DNA of 64,000 nucleotides from positions 10,425 through 74,424 of the forward strand of contig JAOZUR010000006.1 of NCBI GenBank assembly GCA_029938555.1, written 5' to 3'. This stretch comes from Candidatus Sabulitectum sp. GTDB taxonomy: Bacteria > Fermentibacterota > Fermentibacteria > Fermentibacterales > JCC-6. Within the stretch, counting starts at the first letter, position 1; each line of letters opens with the position of its first letter. The notes under the pieces were generated by a model. That model did no database searches. It worked only from the letters and a program-made list of their open reading frames with translations, and was not told the origin of the DNA. The position numbers were made by a program, and so were the translations under genes. Shown piece by piece: positions 50,935 to 60,158 of the stretch.

Positions 50935-52172
50935 AAATCCTATATGTCTTGGGCTTTCTTCCACCTTATGTATCAAGGGAAATTGAAGCAATTGCCCAAA
51001 AAGGGCATACAGTTTCTGTTCTTCTTCCTGAAAACAAAAAAAACAGTCAAACTGCAGACTTCTGGAGTAACATTTCCAAAGACCCTCAAGGTAATTCAAT
51101 TACAATTAGCAGATCTCTTAAATTCGAATATCTTACCTGTTCTGTTTCAAAACTAATCAGCCCATTTCTTTGTTCTCTTCGGCACATAAGAACGCTTATC
51201 ATGTCACTTAAAGAATCAGAATTCAGATATTTTCTCATATCTTCAAAAGCAATAAGAGACATGGATCTAAAGGAAAAACCGGAAATAATTCATGCCCACT
51301 TCGCCCATGACCAAGCACACATAGCAAGAATAATGGGTTCCATATTAAAAATCCCTTATTCTGTCACCACCCATGCCACTGACATATTTGTACCCAAAAG
51401 CAAAACAAGGCTGGAACGAATACTAATTGATTCCTCTATTGTTTTTACCATATCCAATTACAATCTGAGCTACCTCAACAAACACTACAACCATTCAGGA
51501 AATATTGTTGTTGTTAAACTTGGCCTAGATCTAAATAAGCTGCCCACATGGAAATCAGCCTCTATTCCTCCGTTGTTAGTATGTACTGCCAGCGGGCTTG
51601 TATCCAAAAAAGGGGTACCTTTTCTTCTTCAGGCTCAAAGACTTCTTATGGATAGGAATGTAAATTGCAGACTAAGGGTGATTGGTTCAGACCCAAATGG
51701 AACAATTCTTCAGAAATTCAGGAATGAAAATTCCGATATTAATACTGATTTTGTCGGTTTGTTAACTTCAGAAGAAACAATGGAAGTTGTTTCTAAAGCT
51801 TCCATTTTTGTCTTACCATGCATTGAAGCTGACAACGGAGACAAAGATGGAATTCCAGTAGCTCTTATGGAAGCAATGGGGCTGGGTTTACCATGCGTAT
51901 CAACAGAGGTTTCCGGTATTCCAGAGTTAATCGAAAATGGTGTAAGTGGGATTTTGGTTCAACCTAAATCACCGGAAGAACTTGCAGATGCCATTCAGTC
52001 CTTGCTTGTTAACAAAGAAATGGCAGCTAGGCTGGGCAAAGAAGGCAAGAAAAAAATGCTAACTTGTCACTCTCCAGAAAATCTTGCCAACATCATGATC
52101 AGTAATTTTGAACAGATAATAATTAACAAAACAAACAACCAATCCGGACAAAATGAAAGGAATTCAAAGTGA
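50931..52172 (+). CDS. Glycosyltransferase, GT4-like
   Basis: DGIPVALMEAMGLGLPCVSTEVSGIPELIENGVSGILV is the E-x7-E motif region. Confidence 0.8.
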   Translation: MKILYVLGFLPPYVSREIEAIAQKGHTVSVLLPENKKNSQTADFWSNISKDPQGNSITISRSLKFEYLTCSVSKLISPFLCSLRHIRTLIMSLKESEFRYFLISSKAIRDMDLKEKPEIIHAHFAHDQAHIARIMGSILKIPYSVTTHATDIFVPKSKTRLERILIDSSIVFTISNYNLSYLNKHYNHSGNIVVVKLGLDLNKLPTWKSASIPPLLVCTASGLVSKKGVPFLLQAQRLLMDRNVNCRLRVIGSDPNGTILQKFRNENSDINTDFVGLLTSEETMEVVSKASIFVLPCIEADNGDKDGIPVALMEAMGLGLPCVSTEVSGIPELIENGVSGILVQPKSPEELADAIQSLLVNKEMAARLGKEGKKKMLTCHSPENLANIMISNFEQIIINKTNNQSGQNERNSK

Positions 52173-52636
52173 AATATCTTATCAGTAAACTTCCAGTCAA
52201 CCCAGAGGATTTCACAACCTTACTACCGGAAATGGAAAAAACACCAGAAGGAGCTGCGGCGGCTTGTGTACTTGCTCTTTATCTAACCGCTCTTGATAAC
52301 TCACTGGCTAAACAGCTTTTAAGAGCAATGAATCCAGAAGTATCTCACAGTACTATACAACTAGCACAAAGTCAGCTCAAATCAAAACCATATCTGATTC
52401 GTTCTTATTTTTCAGGCACAACTAACCAGAATGGTTATGCCATGCCGGAAAAACTAGAAATTGAATTCACAACAAACAAATACAGTGGCAGTGAAGATTC
52501 CGGTAAAATCAAATTCTTTACCGCCTGTTCAGGGGCTGATAGCCCAAGACCGTTAACAGTAAAAAAAGGACTAGATGGAACTTGGTATGCGCATGAGTGG
52601 AGTTCCCTTGTTGTTGGGATAAGATCTCCACTTTAA
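52169..52636 (+). CDS. Hypothetical protein, translationally coupled to the last glycosyltransferase
   Basis: 155 aa. The ATGA overlap with the upstream stop indicates coupling. I see no signal peptide and cannot name a family. Confidence 0.5.
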   Translation: MKYLISKLPVNPEDFTTLLPEMEKTPEGAAAACVLALYLTALDNSLAKQLLRAMNPEVSHSTIQLAQSQLKSKPYLIRSYFSGTTNQNGYAMPEKLEIEFTTNKYSGSEDSGKIKFFTACSGADSPRPLTVKKGLDGTWYAHEWSSLVVGIRSPL

Positions 52637-52686
52637 ATACCTTCGCTTAATTTGTTACATGTACTCATGTCATATCCATTAGAAGA

Positions 52687-52719
52687 AAGGTTTATCTATG
52701 GTAACCATAGATAAACCTT
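52687..52719. terminator. Hairpin with perfect 15-bp stem between convergent genes
   Basis: AAGGTTTATCTATGG-taa-CCATAGATAAACCTT, followed by ATTTGCTTT on the plus strand. Confidence 0.6.
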
Positions 52720-52786
52720 ATTTGCTTTAAAAAACCAAGAATCTGTAAAAATTCTCTTCAAGATTCTTCCTCTGGAATCAAATGAA

Positions 52787-53377
52787 TCAGAATGCTGCTT
52801 TTATACTTCCCCATGAGGTTCTGGTAAGAGCTACATCGTGGTTATACAAACCGAACCAGCCGTCACAGTTTATTGTATTCCATTCACCTGAAGGATTCCA
52901 GTATTGCCACATAGTAGGTGGATATGTAGGGGCGCAACACAACCAGGCAATTGGATAAGGTGATTCCAGCACTGAAGCAGATAACCAGTATTCTCCTGAT
53001 GATAGATCTGGAAAATTCTGCAGTTGGAAATCATTCCTGTAAAGATCATATCCCCATTCCTGGTCGCCTGTTGCTGTTTCTGTCTGATAAGCAGCTGGAA
53101 CAGTTTCACTCCAAACTTCGGTACCCATATCACCACTGTTATTCTCAAGAATTCTTAAAGCTACATCATAAGGATGCCCAGTTCCTGTATAAACCATCCA
53201 GATTGTTATACTTTTTACAGTTGCATCTTCTGTTAAGGTAAAGTTATCAGCCAGTATCCATTCTGGCCCTTCCATATACATTGCATAAGCCAGTTCAGAA
53301 TATTCATACGGTTGTTCATAAAGAGTTCCAGCAAATGCACTGCTTGCCAGTATTGCTGCTAGAATTACGTACTTCAT
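52787..53377 (-). CDS. Secreted protein of unknown function
   Basis: The start at MKYVILAAILASSAFA (signal peptide) is preceded by GGAG. The protein is aromatic-rich and ends ...LTRTSWGSIKAAF. Confidence 0.55.
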   Translation of the reverse strand: MKYVILAAILASSAFAGTLYEQPYEYSELAYAMYMEGPEWILADNFTLTEDATVKSITIWMVYTGTGHPYDVALRILENNSGDMGTEVWSETVPAAYQTETATGDQEWGYDLYRNDFQLQNFPDLSSGEYWLSASVLESPYPIAWLCCAPTYPPTMWQYWNPSGEWNTINCDGWFGLYNHDVALTRTSWGSIKAAF

Positions 53378-53413
53378 CAAAATCTCCAATCATTCTACTT
53401 AAAAGATAAATTC

Positions 53414-55129
53414 TCAAAAAACAAGCAATTTTACCGAATCAGTAATACTCTCTGTCTTAATTTGACAGATATAGATCCCCGATGGCAATTCACTCACTTG
53501 AACAGAGTGGTGTCCACTATTAAATTCTCCTGTAACTATCTCCCTTACAGAACGCCCTGAAAGATCATACAAGTTTAACTCCACATTGGATGGTACAGTC
53601 AACTGGAATTCTATTGTTGCTAATCCGTAACTGGGATTAGGTCTGATTGAAAGTAAACAAGAGGTAAGAATTGGATTAAAAGTATTGTCTTCTACTGCAA
53701 CCCCAGACCCTTCATGCAGAGTGAGGAATTGGCCACGCTGAACAGAGAGCCAGTTTTCTACTAATTGAGTTCCGTCTGAACCAGGCCATATAACCTGAAT
53801 GTCTACAAATTCATCATTTGGCAGACCATACTCTATATCAATCGAATTCTGACCACCAATTCCACCGTAAGCCTCTACCTGCCTTAAACCAAGCCTATAC
53901 ACAGGATCCCCCACAAAACCTTGCTCATAAACTGTTACCAATGCACCAATACCGTTCCGGTTTGAAAAACCAGAGCCTGATTCATGAAATTTTCCTTCTA
54001 AGCGTAATGATAGATATAGATCTGTACCACTGTCATTTGCATTGTTAAAATAGATGCAGTTTGCATTTGGTCTTCCTATTGCAAGATCCAGATCACCATC
54101 TCGGTCAATGTCTGCCCATGCACCAGATCTGGTGTAGCCATCGCCAAATTCCTCTGTTCTTGTGAAACTGCCACTACCGTTATTCAGGTACAAGTAATTT
54201 TGCCCTGTAAATCCACCACTTGCATATACCAGAACAGAGTAATCAAGATCACCGTCATTGTCACAATCAGCAATGGAAGCTGCATAACTGTGCCACTCAC
54301 CCATGGCAGTGGGACCAAACTGCTGTTGGGTGAAAGTTGAATTGCCGTTATTTATAAATCGATAATCGTATCCGTTCCAGTTGGCATTAACCAAATCAAA
54401 ATCACCATCATTATCAAGATCACCAATTGCATATGAAATGGTGTGATGGTCTCCAAAATTAAAAGCTTCAGAAAATGAGTAATTTCCTTCATTAATATAA
54501 AGGTAGGAAGGTTGAGCATTGTTACATGCTATAAGATCCTGATCGCCGTCTTGATCAACATCAAACCATGCTACAGTTCTTGTATCCATATCGCCGAATC
54601 GCTGATACTCGGTAAAAGTTCCATCACCATTATTTACATAAAGATAATTCTCGCATGGGTTTGAATTCGGCGTCTGCTCCGTGCCACAAGCCAGATCCAA
54701 GTCCCCATCATTGTCACAATCTGCCCAAGCCATTGAGGCTGTCCACCTTGCTGCCCCGAAAGCAGCTACCCGTGTAAAGTTACCGTCTCCATCATTGATG
54801 TACAAATAATCCTGAGAACCGTAATTATTACCCTCTGCAATGTCCATATCTCCATCATTATCAAAGTCAGCCCATGCCACGCAGCCCGCTATATTGGCTC
54901 CGATGAAAGGTGTTGTTTCTGTAAAACCGCTACCGGTGTTAATGTAGAGGTAATTTGTCTGACCTGAATTTACAGTAACAAAATCAATCAAACTATCAGC
55001 ATTAGCATAACCTGCACAAACACAATAAGTCGACCCGATTCCAAGCCCGCTAACCTCTGTAAAACTTGCTAGCATACTCACTGGAAGTACAAACAAAACA
55101 ACAAAAAACAATACTTGATAACATTTCAT
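53414..55129 (-). CDS. FG-GAP/VCBS-repeat plus ASPIC/UnbV-like protein with T9SS-type C-terminal domain
   Basis: Six Ca-binding-like DxDxDGDxD repeats (FDNDGDMDI, CDNDGDLDL, VDQDGDQDL, LDNDGDFDL, CDNDGDLDY, IDRDGDLDL). NRNGIGALVTVY is UnbV_ASPIC-like. The C-terminal LNLYDLSGRSV...SGIYICQIK...LLVF is a sorting-domain-like tail. Confidence 0.8.
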   Translation of the reverse strand: MKCYQVLFFVVLFVLPVSMLASFTEVSGLGIGSTYCVCAGYANADSLIDFVTVNSGQTNYLYINTGSGFTETTPFIGANIAGCVAWADFDNDGDMDIAEGNNYGSQDYLYINDGDGNFTRVAAFGAARWTASMAWADCDNDGDLDLACGTEQTPNSNPCENYLYVNNGDGTFTEYQRFGDMDTRTVAWFDVDQDGDQDLIACNNAQPSYLYINEGNYSFSEAFNFGDHHTISYAIGDLDNDGDFDLVNANWNGYDYRFINNGNSTFTQQQFGPTAMGEWHSYAASIADCDNDGDLDYSVLVYASGGFTGQNYLYLNNGSGSFTRTEEFGDGYTRSGAWADIDRDGDLDLAIGRPNANCIYFNNANDSGTDLYLSLRLEGKFHESGSGFSNRNGIGALVTVYEQGFVGDPVYRLGLRQVEAYGGIGGQNSIDIEYGLPNDEFVDIQVIWPGSDGTQLVENWLSVQRGQFLTLHEGSGVAVEDNTFNPILTSCLLSIRPNPSYGLATIEFQLTVPSNVELNLYDLSGRSVREIVTGEFNSGHHSVQVSELPSGIYICQIKTESITDSVKLLVF

Positions 55130-55303
55130 CCTGCACCTTTACTCTTTCTATAAGGTTTGATTTTGGCATTATTCATATTACATATTTACCAAAGTATCAT
55201 AATGTTGTCAAGACAAGTCAATACCTTACCGGTGGAAAGGTTAGATCGATGTTTCCTTTTTAGTGATTTCTTTTGTATATTTTGATTAAGTATTCCACTT
55301 GTC

Positions 55304-58300
55304 ATGAAAGAAATACAGGGAGCACATATCAAATTCAAACAAATAAATGCAAAATACTTGATAGTTCAGGGATTAAACGAGAACACTTTTTTAGCCTTAA
55401 ATATTATCCAGAATACCAAGTACATTCTCAGAAGAATTGATGCATCTTATGATTTCAGCAGGAAACAACTTACAGACCTTTGGTTAAATTCAAATCGGGC
55501 AGTATCCGAATCTTTTATTTCCTTTGAATCTGCTGGATGTGTTCTTTCAATTGATGGAGTTGCTGTTTCAAAAGAGGGGTACTTTTTAGTGGAACCGTAT
55601 TGCTCTAGTGAAAAAAGTTTACAGGATGCGGATTTTACAAAAAATCAGTCGATTGACTTCTTTAGTCAGCTGTATTTTCAGCTTGACGCACTTTCTTATC
55701 AGAAAATCACCCATGGTAATCTTATTCCCTCGTCTATATCTGCAACTGAAATCAATTTACCTATAATTAGAAATTCAAGACCAATAGAATTCTTTCGTGG
55801 AAAACCGTTGCCAAAGAAAGAATTTGATTCTCTTCTAAATGCTGTTAAATTAGAAAAAAACACATTTCCTAATTATAAAACTGACTCGATTAATTACAAT
55901 TCAAGTTTGAAACACATTGAAAACAATCTGCAACGAAAACAAATACCATCTTCTTGGGTTTTAGGAATTGAAGAGATCACATTAGATGTTTCCTATCGCA
56001 TAGAAAAAAGTCAGCAATTTGGTTGTTCTTTCATAGAAGTGAACGGTTCTTGGGAATATGGACTTGATGTTATTGCTTCAGAAGTGGCTGCCCATCGTGA
56101 AATTGCTGGCAAAATCACGATTCGACTTGATTCAGAAAAGATTGATTCTATAAATGAACATATTAAAAAGCATCTTCCTGAAACTGCTGTTTCTAAAAAA
56201 TCGCCACTGATCTCTTTTATAAAAAAGAATTCAGCTTTGCCCTTAGAAATAATATTCTTGCGTCACTCTAGCAAAGGTGACAATACCCTGAAATTGATTT
56301 ATCAAATTACTTCTCAGCTAGGATATGATGAAGTTACATTAGTTTGCTTTTCTGACCAGAAGAAATCTGAGCTTGCTCCTGATTACAAGATCAAAACCAT
56401 TACGCCATTGCCAGACATTAACCTTATCGCCACCAGGTCTTTAGCTGCAAAATCTAATTGGATCAATGTTCTCAGCAATGTAACTCCTCTGGAAACTTAC
56501 ACATTAATAACCGGAAAAGCCGAAGTAATAAAAGCAAACAAGCTTCTTTTTCAAATAGCAGCAATTCTACCAGGCATTGAAAAAAAGATCGCCATTGAAG
56601 TATCAGATAAAATAGGTAATTCTTCTTTAGAAGAAACCAACATTTTGCTACAAGTTAACAACAGAATTTGGTCACAAACGACAAAAGAATCACCCGATAA
56701 AGAAAAAAATCATCGTATCCTTGATCACATCTTTGAAGCTCTATTACAAGATAAATCACACAGACTTTTTGAAGTCTGCTGGTTGCTGAACCATGCTAAC
56801 ACTAAAAACGATCCCAGATTACTTCTTTCTGCAGGCACAGTGTTTCTCTTATTCTGGAAAAATCATGGAGCTGAAGTTGATTCAGAAAACATTGTAAAAC
56901 TTTTTCAAAAAGCACAGATATTCCTTACAACTATCTGTCCTGCACAAATGCTTTCAGATTTCATACTTGATGTGATTACGAGGTTCTATCAAAGCAGTTC
57001 AATTATTCAGTCGCTTTGGGATTTGTTACAACCAGTGAAAAATTTACTAGAAATACATCCATCCATTAACCGTGAAATTTCAACTCTTGAAGTCTGGAAT
57101 GAATTTGTAAATGGGGAAATAGAAAACGCAATAAATCTCTCTCTTCGGGAAATAGAGACCACCATAGAAAACTGCAAAACACAGTACTTTCACATAAGAA
57201 TGTACACTCATGCTTCAAAAAAAGACATGGAAGAAAATTTAGATAGTATTTTATCTTTAATTCTAAATTACAGAGACCAAGCGTTGGTAATGGGCAAAAT
57301 GGCGGATGTAATACTCTCCAACACTGTTTATGCATCTGTGAAAAGAATTTGTGGTTATGAAGAGGAAGCCCTGAAAGCTTTCCAGCAGATACCTGCACCA
57401 GATCCCTTTAAAAATTCCTGGACTGCCGTTCAGTATTACACGAACCAGGCACAACTTGCAGCTTTTTACAATAAAAATCAAGAATGTTTAGAAAACCAAA
57501 GTAAAGCTGTTGTGGCAGCATCTTTTGATGATAACAGAATTCTTTCATATAGCTCAATCTTATCCTACGATATCAGATTAATTTCTTCAGGTCATTATAC
57601 ATGGCACTATGCACTTTATAGAATGGACTGGCTGAAAAGGGTATTCAGATACTACGGGGCAAGAAAATTAAACGCTTTTATTGAATGTAATTTAATGACG
57701 GCGCATCTCTCTCTTTTAAACCGAAATACAACACTTCAATACAGTGAATCGATCCTTGATTACTCCAGCGATCTTCTTAAGGGCTCTTTAAGCGCTTCTA
57801 CTTTTTCATTTGCTGGTTTCGCCTTTCTTATCGGTCAACCGGAAAAAGCTAAAAAAAATCTGAAAACCCTGAAAAACAAAGGAAGCACTATTCCAAATGG
57901 TCTGATGGAAGAAATAGATTGCTTTCTTGAAACCCGCTCCACCGAACAGATAATCGGTAAGGAGCTTTTTGTAGCAGCAGAAACACTCAACCTGTTAAAT
58001 TCCTACACCAGCTTAAACAATTGGGCCATGGCCATTGGAAATCATTCTGATGTACAACCATCAGATGTTCTAATCCGCTTCCGCAACGGATATCTGCTTC
58101 AGGGTTACATACTTCTTCTAATTGGACTTGCCGGTGGAACAGTAACCTCCAAATTTTTGATAAAATACAAATGGCTTCTGAAAGCAATTGATGCAAGGTT
58201 CTGCAGAGCTGGATTTTTAAAACCGCCAGGGCACAAATCACCCTTACAACGAATCATTAACTATTTGGAAGATAAAAGACTAACGACGCATGCTAATCAA

Positions 58301-58768
58301 GAACATTCTGATACAACAGCTAATGGAACTGAAATATTCAGTTCATATCAAATGTGTAAAAAACTAGTGGAAGAACTGGATGTGGAAAAAATATGGGTAA
58401 TCAAAAAAAGCAATCAGTCTATTGTGGTTCTTTCATCATCAAGCGAGAAATCCGTTGTTTTTTTACCTGTATGGATCACAGATGCACTTAAATTAGTTTC
58501 CGATTCAAAAACAGATTCAATTGATCTTCCATCTGAAGGCTGGTTGCGTGGTTTTCCAAAACCAGGAGTATTTATTATTGAAATACATCTGTCCTCCGAG
58601 GATACCATATTTATTGCAGTTGAATCTATAATTCCTGGCAAAGTACTTAATAAAGAAAAAATGGAAAAACTTCTTTTGGTCTCAGGGTTATTAGGACAGG
58701 TGGCACTTTTTGAAAATCCAGACAATACAGTAGCCAGAGAATTATCAATGGAAAATTCGCACCTTTAA
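55304..58768 (+). CDS. Large (1154 aa) cytoplasmic protein with kinase-like / STAND-ATPase-like / helical-repeat / GAF-like architecture and degenerate catalytic motifs
   Basis: aa 1-170 show a kinase-fold pattern, but the catalytic loop reads ITHGNLIPSSI instead of H-R-D-x-K-x-x-N, and there is no DFG. aa 217-330 resemble AAA_16-type STAND modules (VLGIEEITLDV...FIEVNGSWEYGLDVIASE in place of GxxGxGKS; LEIIFLRHSSKGD in place of hhhhDDxH). The long helical middle lacks recognisable motifs. The C-terminal ~140 aa have an alternating beta/alpha pattern that looks GAF-like. All domain calls are made by eye. Confidence 0.5.
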   Translation: MKEIQGAHIKFKQINAKYLIVQGLNENTFLALNIIQNTKYILRRIDASYDFSRKQLTDLWLNSNRAVSESFISFESAGCVLSIDGVAVSKEGYFLVEPYCSSEKSLQDADFTKNQSIDFFSQLYFQLDALSYQKITHGNLIPSSISATEINLPIIRNSRPIEFFRGKPLPKKEFDSLLNAVKLEKNTFPNYKTDSINYNSSLKHIENNLQRKQIPSSWVLGIEEITLDVSYRIEKSQQFGCSFIEVNGSWEYGLDVIASEVAAHREIAGKITIRLDSEKIDSINEHIKKHLPETAVSKKSPLISFIKKNSALPLEIIFLRHSSKGDNTLKLIYQITSQLGYDEVTLVCFSDQKKSELAPDYKIKTITPLPDINLIATRSLAAKSNWINVLSNVTPLETYTLITGKAEVIKANKLLFQIAAILPGIEKKIAIEVSDKIGNSSLEETNILLQVNNRIWSQTTKESPDKEKNHRILDHIFEALLQDKSHRLFEVCWLLNHANTKNDPRLLLSAGTVFLLFWKNHGAEVDSENIVKLFQKAQIFLTTICPAQMLSDFILDVITRFYQSSSIIQSLWDLLQPVKNLLEIHPSINREISTLEVWNEFVNGEIENAINLSLREIETTIENCKTQYFHIRMYTHASKKDMEENLDSILSLILNYRDQALVMGKMADVILSNTVYASVKRICGYEEEALKAFQQIPAPDPFKNSWTAVQYYTNQAQLAAFYNKNQECLENQSKAVVAASFDDNRILSYSSILSYDIRLISSGHYTWHYALYRMDWLKRVFRYYGARKLNAFIECNLMTAHLSLLNRNTTLQYSESILDYSSDLLKGSLSASTFSFAGFAFLIGQPEKAKKNLKTLKNKGSTIPNGLMEEIDCFLETRSTEQIIGKELFVAAETLNLLNSYTSLNNWAMAIGNHSDVQPSDVLIRFRNGYLLQGYILLLIGLAGGTVTSKFLIKYKWLLKAIDARFCRAGFLKPPGHKSPLQRIINYLEDKRLTTHANQEHSDTTANGTEIFSSYQMCKKLVEELDVEKIWVIKKSNQSIVVLSSSSEKSVVFLPVWITDALKLVSDSKTDSIDLPSEGWLRGFPKPGVFIIEIHLSSEDTIFIAVESIIPGKVLNKEKMEKLLLVSGLLGQVALFENPDNTVARELSMENSHL

Positions 58769-58820
58769 CACAGGTGCAATAGAAACAGTATTATTTCAAA
58801 CGAAATGAAGGTGTATCTGT

Positions 58821-59384
58821 ATGGAATCAATTTTTTGGCCTGACAAATTCCCAGAAATCCACACAAAGCGACTAGTGTTGCGTCAAGTAATTGTGGAAGA
58901 CTCAAAAGAGTTATTCAACTGCTATTCTGACCCTGAAGTCATGAAATATCTATCTACTCCTCTTGAAAATGAAGATTCAATACATGGCATTCTTGATGAT
59001 TACAAAAACGGCTTCAACCAGGGTTACAATCTAATTTGGGCAATTGTAACAAAAGATACCGGTTCTTTTGTGGGCACTGCTGGATTTGAAGAACTAAATT
59101 TTCTTGATTGCAAAGCCGATATAGGCTTCAGCCTGCTTCGAAAACACCAGGGAAACGGTTACATGAAAGAAACTCTGGAAGAAATAATAAGTTACGGTTT
59201 TCAAACAATGAAAATCAACAGAATTCAAACAACTGTTGTTCCCCAGAACAAACCCTCTATCAATATTCTTCAGAAACTTGGCTTAAAAAAAGAAGGGCAC
59301 ATGGTTCAAAGTGTTTTTTTTGGAAGCTCATATCATGATGAGTTAATGTTTGCTATTCTTAACCCATGGAGAAAACATGTCTGA
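58821..59384 (+). CDS. GNAT-family N-acetyltransferase (RimJ/RimL-like)
   Basis: TKRLVLRQVIVEDSKELFNCYSDPEVMKYL...FSLLRKHQGNGYMKETL is typical of the Acetyltransf_3 / RimJ group. Confidence 0.8.
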   Translation: MESIFWPDKFPEIHTKRLVLRQVIVEDSKELFNCYSDPEVMKYLSTPLENEDSIHGILDDYKNGFNQGYNLIWAIVTKDTGSFVGTAGFEELNFLDCKADIGFSLLRKHQGNGYMKETLEEIISYGFQTMKINRIQTTVVPQNKPSINILQKLGLKKEGHMVQSVFFGSSYHDELMFAILNPWRKHV

Positions 59385-60150
59385 CGAATACTACGATGGA
59401 TTTGCCGAATACTATCACTTTCATCAAGAGGCAACCGGCAGAAATGATATCACATTCTACACCGAACTCTGCCGTTCTAACCCTGGAACAGTACTGGAAG
59501 TAGGCTGTGGTACTGGAAGAACTCTGATTCCATGTGCCAAAGCTGGTGCCTCTATAACCGGTCTCGATCTTTCTGAAGATATGCTAACTTTTTGCAAGGG
59601 AACCATGCAGAAGCAGGTTGCAGAGGTACGAAGCAGAATCAAACTTGTAAAAGCAGATATGACTAATTTTGATTTACATGAAAAATTCAATCTTATAACC
59701 ACCCCCTTCCGCCCATTTCAACACCTGACTTCGGTAAAACAACAGCTTGATTGCCTAAGTTCTATACGCAAGCATCTCACTCCAGGTGGTACTTTCGTTC
59801 TTGACATATTTGACCCTGACATGAAGTTACTTGCAGATACAAACAGAGCTATTGAATTTGGTGAAGAACCGCCAATTGTTCTATCTGATGGAAGGGTTGT
59901 TTCAGTTACCTACAGAAATCCGTCAGTAGATTCTGTGAATCAAATTATTCAATGTGAAATAATTTTTTCAATTAAACATCCTGATGGCAGCTATGAAAAA
60001 CTCATACAAGAGTTCTTAATGAGGTACACTTTCCGCTGGGAAGCCGAACATCTTCTTCACAGGGCAGGATTCAAAGTTAAGTCTGTTCTGGGTGGTTACA
60101 ACAATCAGGATGTGGGTGCTGGTGAACTAATTTTTATATGTGAAGGTTAA
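59377..60150 (+). CDS. Class I SAM-dependent methyltransferase
   Basis: Motif I VLEVGCGTGR. I placed the start at MSDEYYDGF, overlapping the GNAT stop by 8 nt. Confidence 0.8.
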   Translation: MSDEYYDGFAEYYHFHQEATGRNDITFYTELCRSNPGTVLEVGCGTGRTLIPCAKAGASITGLDLSEDMLTFCKGTMQKQVAEVRSRIKLVKADMTNFDLHEKFNLITTPFRPFQHLTSVKQQLDCLSSIRKHLTPGGTFVLDIFDPDMKLLADTNRAIEFGEEPPIVLSDGRVVSVTYRNPSVDSVNQIIQCEIIFSIKHPDGSYEKLIQEFLMRYTFRWEAEHLLHRAGFKVKSVLGGYNNQDVGAGELIFICEG

Positions 60151-60158
60151 AAAATTAG

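Noticed and set aside
50659-51099. 146-aa minus-strand ORF across the junction of two glycosyltransferase genes
   Set aside because: It is antisense to two well-supported GT genes, and its composition is typical of a shadow ORF.
59108-59338. 76-aa plus-strand ORF inside the GNAT gene in another frame
   Set aside because: It is an out-of-frame overlap with a clearly recognisable GNAT coding sequence.
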